A stretch of 64,000 bases of DNA from the human T2T-CHM13v2.0 reference genome, Homo sapiens, in assembly GCF_009914755.1 (NCBI RefSeq), contig NC_060937.1; one strand, 5' to 3'. This document shows, piece after piece, positions 44,589 to 57,464 of the stretch. The notes under the pieces are model-generated. The model was not told where the DNA came from and made no database searches. It saw only the letters and a program-made list of their open reading frames with translations. Made by a program: the position numbers and the translations under genes. Within the stretch, counting starts at the first letter, position 1; every line of letters begins with the position of its first letter.

Positions 44589-46446
44589 ATAAATATAGAT
44601 AAATATATACCTGTCTCTTTTTTCTCCTTCAATTTTTCCGTAACGAACATTTGTTGCCTTATAACCAGAAAAAAAGTAGAACAATTTCCAACTCGAGTAT
44701 TGTAGAAAAAGCAGCAAATGTAACTTGGAGGTGGTTACTCACTGTCTGGCATTAGCCATTAACACAAGCAATAGTTAAATATTTGTCAGTCAGGGACTTG
44801 CACAGTGGCTCAGTGGTGAGACAGTGGACTAAAAAGTCAAGTGGGAATGGTCCTATTATGCTCATGTTGCTGTGATTCTGTCAAATCCCAAATGACTCCA
44901 TTTCTCCATATCTGTGTTCTCATCCTACTAGATTTCAGTTTGAATGCCTAGAGTAAAAATTCATATCATTTAATTATTAATAGAGATCTAAGTTAAAGTT
45001 CTTTTGTTATTGGTACGTGAAACTTACTATTATTTCTATTTTCAGTGTTAAGCACATTACTAGGCCTCAGCTGTCTAGTAATCGGGAGGTGAGTGAATGG
45101 CTTTTTCCTGTCCAGTTTACCCACGGAATAAACAAAGATCCATCTAAATCAAGCCAGATTGTTCCATAACACTGAAAGGCTGAAGTATTTCAGAATATAA
45201 GTTAGTGGTAATAATAATAAAGAAACATTTCATTAAAAAAGGATGCAGAAGATATATGGGAATCAGAAAAATCATCAAATAATTGACTAGTCAATGAGCT
45301 GCTGATTATAATAAAAGCATTATGCTTCTAAAATTATCAAGTTTACAATAAAATTAGCATTGTAATTATTAATTTCTAAGAGAAAGAAATCAAATTATAT
45401 ATTTGTAAAAAAGTGATTGAAATAATATTTGATGGTCCTTCATCTTAGACCAATTGTCTACACGTCCCATTTGCTAAAACTAGCATTTATTGGTATAGCT
45501 ATTCCATTTTATAGAAATATCTAAAAAATTGGAATGTTAAGCAATTGTTAAAGATCCTGGGCAAGGTAGGAGTTTCACATAAAAGTGTGAATATTTTAAA
45601 GAACTGGATATTCTTTTCGGCAAAGGCACAGAGAATAATAGCAAAGTGATAGTGTGAGAGCTTGAAGGGCACGTAGAGGTTATCTAGAGCCACCTTGCAT
45701 TTTGCAGATGAGTCCTTTCAGACCTAGTGGAAAAAGGGACTGGCCCAAAGTTAATCAAAGAGGCAAGGACAAAGCCTGGGCCAGGGTGGAAACTTCTCCT
45801 GAGTCCAGGCAGAGAGATTTTTATTACAAAATCCCACGCAAAATCCCTGGGAAAACTGCTCAGAGTTTTAGAATTGTAGAATGTTGAAGCTGGGAAAAAA
45901 TGGCTGAATCCTGTTACATTACCTGTGAGGTAACATGAGGAAACTCCAAAGGAAGACCAGAAAATCCTTACTAAAACCTAGAAGAGTGCCCGACATGTCT
46001 CTTCATTGGCCTGCCACCCCATCTCCTCCTTCCTCCTCCATGGGCACTGCTCTCAGGTCCTGCAAGTCTTAAGGTAGAAGTCCAGCCACTTCCCCATTCA
46101 GAACTATGCTGTTTTTGGTCCTTTATCCTAAGATACACTCTCCATCTCTCCTTCTGGCCTATTCTACTGCTCCAGCCTCATTCTAAGTGTTACTTCCTCA
46201 AAAAAATCTTTCCTGACTTCCTTGAATAGGTAGGTGAGTCCTCTAGAAATCTTGTTATGAACATTGAAATAAATAACTTTAATATGTGTGGTAGTAGAGA
46301 CTAGTATTTTCATGGGATTCACATTGAATTAATCTTTTTTAAAAATTTTTTACTTACCTTTCACTTTTATCAAAGTAAAATAGTCAAAACTTTCCACAAG
46401 TCTTGTTGTAAAAAATGACATCCTCTGCCCCTGGTCTCTGCCCTGA

Positions 46447-46905
<459 letters not shown>

Positions 46906-47068
46906 TAATACTACTACTTCTTGATTTTGCTTGTTTAGCTGTCAATTTCCTTCTGTGGAGATGAGGTCTCACCTCTCATACAATTCCATTCTCACAACTG
47001 TACACACTTCCTTTCCTCTCATTTCCCCCTATTTTTATATTATAATTTCTTCATAGGGAAATACACAA

Positions 47069-47357
47069 TTTTTTTTTTTTTTTTGAAACCGAGTCTTGCT
47101 CTGTCACCCAGGCTGGAGTGCAGTGGCATGATCTCGGCTCACTGCAACCTCCACCGGGTTCAAGTGATACACCGGGTTGAAGTGATACTCCTGCCTCTGC
47201 CTCCTGAGTAGCTGGAATTACAGGCATACGGCACCTTGCCTGGCTAATTTTTGTGTTTTTAGTAGAGACAGGGTTGCACCATGTTGGTCAGGCTGGTCTC
47301 AAATTCCTGGCCTCCCAAAGTGCTAGGATTACAGATGTAAGCCACCATGCCCAGCCC
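47069..47357 (-). mobile_element. Alu with an internal 18-bp duplication and a deletion
   Basis: Antisense Alu. Confidence 0.93.
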
Positions 47358-47456
47358 ATAATGTTTACATTATTTGGATTATGTAAATATTATTCACAGT
47401 TGAGCATATTTTAATGCTATAAAATTTCCTTTCTCATGTATTATCTATTCCTTATG

Positions 47457-47779
47457 TAGTTAGCCCTCCATATATCCCAGTTCCACATCCACAGATTCAA
47501 CCGAACATAGATTGAAAATATTCAGAAAACAACAACAAAAAATAACAAACCAACAATAAATAATACAAATAAAAAACAATAACAACTATTTACATAGCAT
47601 TTTCTTTACATTACTTATTGTAAGTAATTTAGAGATAATTTAAAGTATACAAGATGATGTGTGTAGACTATATGCAGATACTACATCATTTTATATAAGG
47701 AATTTGAACATCCATGGATTTGGTGATCTGTAGAGGTTCTGGAATCAATTCCTCATGAACACGGAGGAACAACTCTGTA
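47457..47779. mobile_element. MER2-like (Tigger/TcMar) DNA transposon
   Basis: CACATCCACAGATTCAACC...CATCCATGGATTTGG...CACGGAGGAACAACT. Confidence 0.75.
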
Positions 47780-48519
47780 CCTTTTATGTACTCTGCTATT
47801 AGTAATTGTCTTGTTTTGTCTTTGACTTAGTGTTTAACACACACCTTGCTAATTTATTACTAAACTCTTTTCTATAGGAGTAAATCTCATCTCAGTATGT
47901 GCAAGCATATCAGGTATTAATTTTATCTTCTTGAAGACAGTAATCCTCCTGCTTCTGCCTGGACTGGTGGTTTTCCAAGCTTGTTCTGTCTTTGTCGCCT
48001 GGGTCATCCTCTCACTTTGCTCCACTGTGGGATCTCCCGTGTTCAAGGTTTGTCTCTCACAGGCCATAGATTAGTCATATTTCAAACATCAAGATGATAA
48101 TAACATCAGCGATGAGAGAAACAAAGCCCCGAAGGAATAAAGACCCTATCTTTTTACCCCTAGGATATTTAATCACATTTTGTGTTTTTAAAGTTTTAAT
48201 TGTTTTTTCATGCCATTTCACTTAAAATAAAATTTCCTTTTAAATGCCTATGAATGAGTATTTTCAGTTTTAACATATTACCTTTTAAGAAGGTAGCAAG
48301 GGTAATTGAAGATGTGTTAAATATATATCACAGTTAAATCATACAGAAAGTAAAGTGTTTTTTTTTTGGTTTTAGAATTGTAGTTGCGTATATAAAAGCA
48401 TCAGTAAAATAGGTGGTTTGTAATATGCTCAAGTGGAACAATTTATGTTTTATGATTTTGAAGATCAACAAGGTGAAATCCACAAAGTTCAGACATGGAC
48501 TTAACTCCCTGTAACTAGC

Positions 48520-49452
48520 CATACCAAACAGAAACTCAGCCAAGATTTCTGCAACATTAACAAGCTGATTCTAACATTTATATGAAAATGCAGAGGACAA
48601 AAACTGGCAAAGATAATCTTGAATAAGAATAGAAGTCAAACTACCAGAAACCAAGACCTATTATAAGGCTATAGTAATCAAGACAGTCTGGTACCTGTGC
48701 ATAGATAGACAAATAGATTGATGGAACAAAACAGGGAGTTCGGCAACAAATCCACACATACAAGGTCACATGATTTATGACAAGGTGACCCTACAGTACA
48801 GTGAATAAAGGTCTTTTTAATAAACACTGCTGGTGTAACTGGATATCCACATGGAAAAAAATGTACCTTGACCTTTTAGACTTTTTTTTTTGTATGGAGG
48901 CATACAAAAAAAAAATTCCAGTGGATTTAAAATCTAAATGTGAGAGCAAAACCATAAAACTTGAAGAAAAACTCACAGAAGAACATCTTCAAGACTTTGG
49001 AGTAGGTAAAGATTTTGTAAAACAGTACAAGCTGAACTATATTTAACTTAAGAACTATTTATCAAAAGACACCATTAACAGAGATTAAAGCCAAGCCACA
49101 TGTAGGAAAAAGATTATTTAAAATACATGCATGAAAAGGAAAGAAATTAATAAGAAAAAGACAAACAATCTAATAAAAATAGGCAAAATATTTGAATAGT
49201 CACTTTACAAAAGAATATTCTAATAATTAATAAGATGCTCAACATCATTTATCATTAGGGAAATTAAAATCATAATGAGATTTCTCTGTAAACCTGCCAG
49301 AATGACTAAAATTTAAAAAGGTTGTTGGTTGGTGAAGATGTGGAGAAATTGGAATCTTTTTGCATTGCTCATGGGAATGTAAAGTGGTGCAGCCACTGTG
49401 GAAAACGGTATGGCAGTTACTCAAAAAATTAAACTTACAATTACTATATGAT
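48520..49452 (+). mobile_element. L1M ORF2 3' region
   Basis: Translations LFNKHCWCNWISTWKKM and [17 protein letters not shown] match ORF2p motifs. Confidence 0.88.
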
Positions 49453-49453
49453 T

Positions 49454-49752
<299 letters not shown>

Positions 49753-49879
49753 CTAAGATACCTGAGGGCCAGAGTCATTAAACATTAAAGTGATTGCAGC
49801 TGTAGTTTACCAACCCCGAGGACTTTACTTCCTCTGTAGCAATTTCTCATATCCTATATATTCAAGAGTCTGGAGTAAA

Positions 49880-50090
49880 ATTGCTAGATAAATACAGGGC
49901 CCTGGTTACATTTGAATTTCAGATAAAGGCTGATTTTTTTTCTCATATAAGTATGTCCCTGGCAATATTTATTACAATTTCAAATATTGCCAGGGACATA
50001 CTTATATGAGAAAAAAAATCATTTGTAATAAATTTTGCCATAGACATATGAAAAAGCTTCTGAAATTCAAATTTAACTGGACTTCCTGGG
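49880..50090. mobile_element. MER53 palindromic element carrying a perfect 40-bp internal inverted repeat
   Basis: TTTGAATTTCAGA...TCTGAAATTCAAATTTAACTGG outer arms; TAAGTATGTCCC/GGGACATACTTA inner arms. Confidence 0.8.
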
Positions 50091-51551
50091 TCACCACACT
50101 ATTTCTCCTTCCTCAGAACCCCCAACAATATTGAAGCACATGTCTTCATGTGCTTCAATGGTAGAGACATGTCTTCACGGTAGAGACCATCAACCACTGC
50201 TCCTTATTGAAGTTGTCTGTCATGCCTGTGGTCACTCTTGCCAAATTATTGATCATTCTAGCACTTGGTTCTTCTCTTTATTCCTCTCAGTACTTATTTC
50301 CATTATCATTCATTATGATTATGATATACACATAGACCACAATTCAGTATCCCTGCTTCTGATTTCCTTTACCTTCTCATTTCAAACACTTCCTCCATTT
50401 CAATTCCAAAGGAGAGAAGCATAAAGAAGATGAAGCTTTTTTGCAATATTAAATAGGGTGGTCAGGGAAGCCTCAGTGAGGAGATAATACTTGAGCCAAC
50501 ATCCTGAAGGAAATGAGGGACCCAACTCTGCTGACTGGAGAAACATAGTCCAGGAAGAGGAAACAGTAATTGCAAAGGCCCTGAGGCAGAAGCCTTCCAG
50601 GCTTATTATAGAAAGTTTCTCGAGAACAGGGATTAAATCTTATACTTGGTGGTGTGGATAATACCTTACCTGCAGGAGTAATTCATGTAATATGACGATT
50701 CATAGAAGAACATGATAAATTATTGATTAATAAATGAGTAAGAGGCACCTTGGTGAAAGGTTATTAAGTATATTTGGAAATCATTTCCTGCCTGTAAGAC
50801 CTTGCAATCAAATGGCAGGACTTAGGGTTCTTAATAATACATAAAATAAAAGCATAAATTAAATAAGGAATTAATATTATGTACAATGAGTAAAGTGCAT
50901 TTTGAGAGGCACTATTTGAAGAGAACTTCAAAAGTTGCATATCAACTTCATATGCAGAATATTTTTCTGAGGGGTTCAGATGCTTCTACACATTTTAATT
51001 GGAGGGCTTTCAAATATTCTAGACTTAGAATGCATATTAACCTCGTGTCTTCTCCCCTACAGACCACATTTGGGTAGTTTTTCCATGCTCTTGATTCTTT
51101 TGTTTCTAATCCAATAAGAATATTGAGGAATAGAGGTAACAAAGGATAGTGAAGATCAGACATTTTCAAGCGATTCATCCAATGAAGCTTTACTGGGTAC
51201 CTGCCAAGTGAGTGAAACCCTGAGATGTATATATTCTAGTGCCGAGGACAGAGTTCCACACCTAGCAGATATTTAGTAAATTTTTGTTGAATGAATTAAG
51301 TGAATGAAAGAATGAATAAATGAAAGGAACGGTCTTCTCTGAGGTATCTGGATGTGACGCCAAAAGGGTCAGAACCACATTTTCAATTCCGCTTGATAAT
51401 TTCTAGAATATAATAGACGGTGCGAACAAAGAGAAAATAAATAAAGCAGTGAACTTCAGAACTAGAGGGCATCGACGCGGCAGCTGATTTTGTCTGCACA
51501 CGGCCCCCGTAGCCTTTCCGTCCAAAATCATTTACGCGGCCGCGACCGGTA

Positions 51552-51561
51552 GTGACGTCAC
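51552..51561. promoter_or_regulatory. CRE/ATF palindrome GTGACGTCAC
   Basis: Perfect TGACGTCA core about 100 bp upstream of the ATG. Confidence 0.8.
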
Positions 51562-51574
51562 GAGATTTGGAGCT

Positions 51575-51584
51575 CGCGGGAAAA
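51575..51584 (-). promoter_or_regulatory. E2F site (TTTTCCCGCG)
   Basis: CGCGGGAAAA on + matches TTTSSCGC consensus; typical of replication genes. Confidence 0.75.
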
Positions 51585-51660
51585 CTTGTCTCTGCGTTGT
51601 GGGGAGGACGCGCGCTCGCGCGGGATTTTCAAGCGTAGGCCCCCGGGAACTCGAGCTGCC

Positions 51661-51747
51661 ATGAGCCTCTGGGTGGACAAGTATCGGCCCTGCTCCTTGG
51701 GACGGCTGGACTATCACAAGGAGCAGGCGGCCCAGCTGCGGAACCTG
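51661..51747 (+). CDS. RFC3: RFC3 coding exon 1 (aa 1-29, MSLWVDKYRPCSLGRLDYHKEQAAQLRNL)
   Basis: ATG in GCTGCCATGA context; RFC box II-type motif LWVDKYRP; 87 nt followed by donor GTGAGT. Confidence 0.97.
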
Positions 51748-51800
51748 GTGAGTCTGCGGGGGCCGGGAGCGTGGGAGAGGGGAGGCCCCCCGGCTCGGGG

Positions 51801-51808
51801 TTTCGCGC
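51801..51808 (+). promoter_or_regulatory. Intronic E2F site TTTCGCGC
   Basis: Exact classical E2F consensus 54 nt into intron 1. Confidence 0.55.
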
Positions 51809-51844
51809 CCCCCTGAGGAGCAGTGCTTCTCCCGCCCGCATTGG

Positions 51845-52776
<932 letters not shown>

Positions 52777-54611
52777 TGAATCTTCCAGGGAGTAGAGAGT
52801 AAAGAAGGATCTTTAGGAGAATAAAGTGTCTGTGGAAGACATTTATCCACTCCTTTTAAGGAACTCAAATTAATATATGATGCTGATGGAAACGTTTTTG
52901 CCCAATACCCTGGTTTTCCCTTCCGACCTTTCTTAGATTTACAGATACTATTTAATTAAGTGCGTCTTAAAAATAAGAAATAATAAGAAAAGATTGTACA
53001 CGTAAAAATCATTAGACTAGTTGATAGTGTTGTGACATTGAAGGTTTTTTTTTGGTCTCTTTATTGATACTGCATGTATACTAATTTAAAATAAATTGAT
53101 TACTGCAGTATCCATCATTTATAGACAAATTACATTTTCCGTCAATAGCTTTGTCTTCAGTTTTCCTAGTGATAGAATACATTTTATTTTCTGTGGCCAC
53201 ATTTTGTTGTACAGAATTTGGAATGTATATTTTGGACATGAATTTAATATAATGGTCTTATGTGTTAAATTTGCTTTTAAGAAATGTTCACCTGTTTACT
53301 CTTTTATTTGCAGCTTAATCAAACTATGAAACATTTAAAGCATAACCCTTATTTTTGATTAGATTGAAGTTGAAAAAACAAGGCAGTAAGTGTCTGTGGG
53401 ACACTTGCCATTTTCCAGGCAGTATATTAGATTGAATAGTTCTTTTCCTTGGGACTTTTTAGTGACAGAGATGGATGAGTTTACAAAGTATTAAAATTCA
53501 TTGCAATAAGCGCTTCTCTTAAGATACGTATTCCATTTTTTCAATAATGGTTATTTACAGAACTTCACCTTACAAGACTTTATGCTCCCGAGGCTAAGGT
53601 CTGTCACCCACTCATCTTTATAGCCTTCATAGCACTGGTTCCCAAACCAGACTGATCATCAGAAACACCCGAAAAGCTTTTGCAAAACTCATCATCAGCA
53701 GATACTGTTAGTGCCCTACCCAGTCCTCTTGCTTTTAAGTGCACACAGACTGACTTCTGACTTCTAACTTTGTACATCTGTACTTTGCCTGAGGGCTTTT
53801 CTCTCTGTGACACCCATAGTAGATTTGAAATGCCTGGAATTAATGCTCTTTCTTTTCCCCCATCCACTTTTCTAAGCAGGCTTCAAGAAAGAACTCATCA
53901 GAGATAATCATACGGCAGCTTCCCCACCCTTTGGGTGGGTTAACACTCTGGTGGGTGTTTATGTTGGCTTTAAGAGTTTCCCTAGCAGGATCAAACACAG
54001 ATACCTAGAGCCATTCAACTTGACAACACACTCTTACTGGCTGCCTTCCTTTCCCTGTTTTGCATCCCCACTCTCCTATGAAGTTTTCCTTTATCTCACA
54101 AGTAACCTCCCAAAGAAACCAAATGCACTGAATTGTTATCACAGGGACTGTTTCTAATAGTCCGAAGTAAGAAAGGCCTGAATCTCAGAGTTACAGAATC
54201 CTAATCTCATGGATGATAGGGTCTGTTCATTAGTCAGTCCTTTATTTTAAAAAGTTTTCTAGGAGATTCTGATAGTCAGGTTTGGGAGTTCCCGCTTTCT
54301 AGCATTTAGTTTTGTATCTTGCATGTGCTGTCACGTATATAAGTTATACAAAATTAGTGTCAGGCGAATAGTAAACTTTTCAGCATATATATATTTATAT
54401 ATATATATATATATAAAAGATACACAATATTTTGTGTATCTACCCATGAAACTCCAAGTTTTACACATATATAAAAAATTGGGTGTATCTACTCATGAAC
54501 TGGGAGTTTCATGGGTAGACACATAAAATATTTGTTACTTAAAAAGTAGTTTGGTTCTACCTAGAGCAGTTCAGTTTGACTAGGGAAAAATGCCTTGTTC
54601 TTTTTTTTCAG

Positions 54612-54749
54612 GTGCAGTGTGGTGACTTTCCTCATCTGTTAGTGTACGGACCATCAGGTGCTGGAAAAAAGACAAGAATTATGTGTATTCTACGTGAACT
54701 TTATGGTGTTGGAGTGGAAAAATTGAGAATTGAACATCAGACCATCACA
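54612..54749 (+). CDS. RFC3: RFC3 coding exon 2 ([46 protein letters not shown])
   Basis: Polypyrimidine tract TTCTTTTTTTTCAG acceptor; P-loop GPSGAGKKT; donor GTAAGC; 138 nt, phase 0 on both sides. Confidence 0.97.
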
Positions 54750-55829
54750 GTAAGCATTTCACTTTGAGGCCCTGAAAGTAATTTATAGCGGGGACTTTCA
54801 GTCTTGGTCATGTATGTCCCCCCAACTCAGTTGCTTCCTAATGTATGATTTAAATAAGAATTCCACAGGTAGTCTTGGGGCACAGGATTTGAGAGCTACT
54901 GATATGGATCTGTTATAACCAGAGCAAAGCCATTTATGTTAGATAGGAAATAAGAGCAACAGAGGGTTTGGGGTAAAATGTAGAGGGTGAGATTAATTTC
55001 AGATTACCTAATAAGACAATGTCTTAGCTGAAATTAGAACTCAGGTTTCCAGACTTCATTTTTCTGAGAGCAGTAGTGGGGATGGAAAGAAAGAGAATGA
55101 TTTTGAGAAAAATGTTAAACATGGTATCAAGTGACTTGGTAAAGAGTGGGCAACTGACTGACTGGGAAAGGAGGCCTGCAACTCTGGGAAGTTGAGAGGC
55201 TTTCTGTGATCTTGCCCTTGCCAAGATGTCCAGCTGCATACCGTGTAGCACATTCTTATGCTCTTCCATTATGGATGATGTTTAAGATCTAGCTGAAATG
55301 TATCCTTCCTTTTCATACCCCATTAGAATTAACTTTTCTTCTACAACTTGTAGTTTGTACTTTTAATAGTACTTATTTTGTTTTGCTTTGGTTGTAGTAG
55401 TTTATACATCTTTTACTTTGAAAAGATTGTATTTGTTTTGACTGTATGTCGAGAACATATATTCATTTTCATATCCTTCATATCTTCTGGTAAAATGTCT
55501 TTACATATTAGGCATTGAAAAAATCATATGCTGAGTGTGGATGGTAGTGCTATAAACAGAATCTTCAGGAAGGTAACTGGGTTTTAGGCTAATGTTGATT
55601 AGCATATATTTAGATACATTGAGTTTGAGATGCTGGTTGTATGTTGTGGAAATTCGTATAAATATATAGGGACAAATTTAACAAAAATGGTGTGGATGTG
55701 TCAGAAGAAACTAATATCTTATAGAGGGACAATAAACAGCCAGTCAAATGGAATGTTGCAGCATCTTCCCAGATGGGTGGCTTAATATTTTAAATTATCT
55801 GTTTGCCCCAGGTGACACTATAAATTTCT

Positions 55830-57000
55830 ATGAAATTCTAATTAAAATTCAAGTGGTTGTTACAATTGTATGAAATGATCTTAAAGTCCGTCCATATGGA
55901 ACGGTACATTTCTGAGACTAGCTAAAGTAATTATGAAAAAAGATTAGTGAAGTAGGGCTTGTGTTAATGTGTAGTAAATCATATTGTATGTCTATTGTAA
56001 ATAAAACAGTATTATATTGGCATGAAAATAGAGAATTAGACAAGTGAAACTGGAAAGAGAGCTTAGAAATGTGATAGAGGTGCTATTTCAAATCAGTGGA
56101 AGAGGATAAGCCAGCAGTGTGTCATCATAGCTAGTTATCTATCCAGAGAAAACGAAGTTGAGTCCCTATGACATACAATTTATAGAGATAAATTCCAGAT
56201 GAATTAAAGACTTAAAATGAAACACTAAATATCTTCGATTAAAATTTTTTAGACTATATGAATTGCTCCTGGGTCAATAAAACCTTTTGTAGGAAAACAT
56301 GGAAACTATAGAAGAAAAGTAGATACCTGGATATATGAATTTGAAAAATTGCTATGACAGAAATTATACATAAAATCAATAGAAAAAGATTGTCACAAAA
56401 ATTTGAAAGGACTGTGTAAATAAGAGATTTTTACAAATTGGCAACAGAAAGACAATCTGGTAGAAAACTGAAAAATAGATTCTTCTGTAACAAATAGTCA
56501 CAGGAGAAAAATATAAGAGGCATTAAACACATGTAAGGATGTTTGACCTTTGTGATAGTCAAGCAGTGTGAGTCTATTATATACTCACCAAACTGAAAAA
56601 TTGAAAGGCATGATAAAACCTACTGTAGATGGGGAATGTTGGGGAAGAGTGTTGCCAGTGGAAAAGTGAATTGTTAAACTGTTTTATGAAGCAGACTGGT
56701 CAATACATACACACATACACACACATGTATTATATTAAAGTTAGAAAACACATTCCCTTCAATCCAGAAAACTGGGAATCTCTTACATAGAAATGAAAGC
56801 AGTATATGCAACATATGTACAGAGATATTAATTGTGGAATTGTTTGAGTTCAGAAAACAAAATGTCCATCAGTATGACCAGCTTTGCAACATCCATGCCA
56901 TAGGTTGGTGTGTGACTATAACACTGTGCCAATTGTCTGAGAGGGATTGCCAAGATATATTAAGTAGGAAAAGCAAAACACAGAGACGTGTATGATTTCC
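55830..57000 (+). mobile_element. Highly decayed L1ME-type fragments in intron 2
   Basis: ORF2-like motifs (GATAAATTCCAGATGAATTAAAGACTTAAA). Confidence 0.65.
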
Positions 57001-57396
57001 TTTTTTTAATTTTTATTTTTTACAAGAAACATTGACACTCCATGAAAATACATTTGTGTATGTTTATTTTTGTGTTAACATGGGAAAGACTGAAAGGAAC
57101 AGATCGTTTGCAATGATCTGTGTTTCAGATGGTATACAGATTTGGTTTGGGGATTTCTGGAGATAAGGAAAAGAAAAAAGTAGTCACAATGAAACAGGAT
57201 GTGTGATTGACCCAATTTATATAAAAACATGTTTATCTGCACATTGAGAAAAGAGTGGGATTAACAAAGTTAAAACATGAATGGTGGTTATCTCAAGTTT
57301 TACTTTGTGTAATAAAAGGAAAACCAATGAAAATACAAAAGAGTGGGGAAATAGGCAATAAATAAATGTTAAAAATATCTTTTTCTTTGTCCACAG

Positions 57397-57464
57397 ACTC
57401 CATCTAAAAAAAAAATTGAAATTAGCACCATTGCAAGTAACTACCACCTTGAAGTTAATCCTAG
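57397..57464 (+). CDS. RFC3: RFC3 coding exon 3 (TPSKKKIEISTIASNYHLEVNP-S)
   Basis: TTTTCTTTGTCCACAG acceptor; GTAAGT donor; 68 nt; frame continuous with exon 2; contains A10. Confidence 0.95.

Larger units (their letters stand above)
51470..51840 (+). promoter_or_regulatory. RFC3: CpG-island promoter / 5'UTR of RFC3
   Basis: Sharp rise in GC and CpG content around exon 1; no obvious TATA box. Confidence 0.9.
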
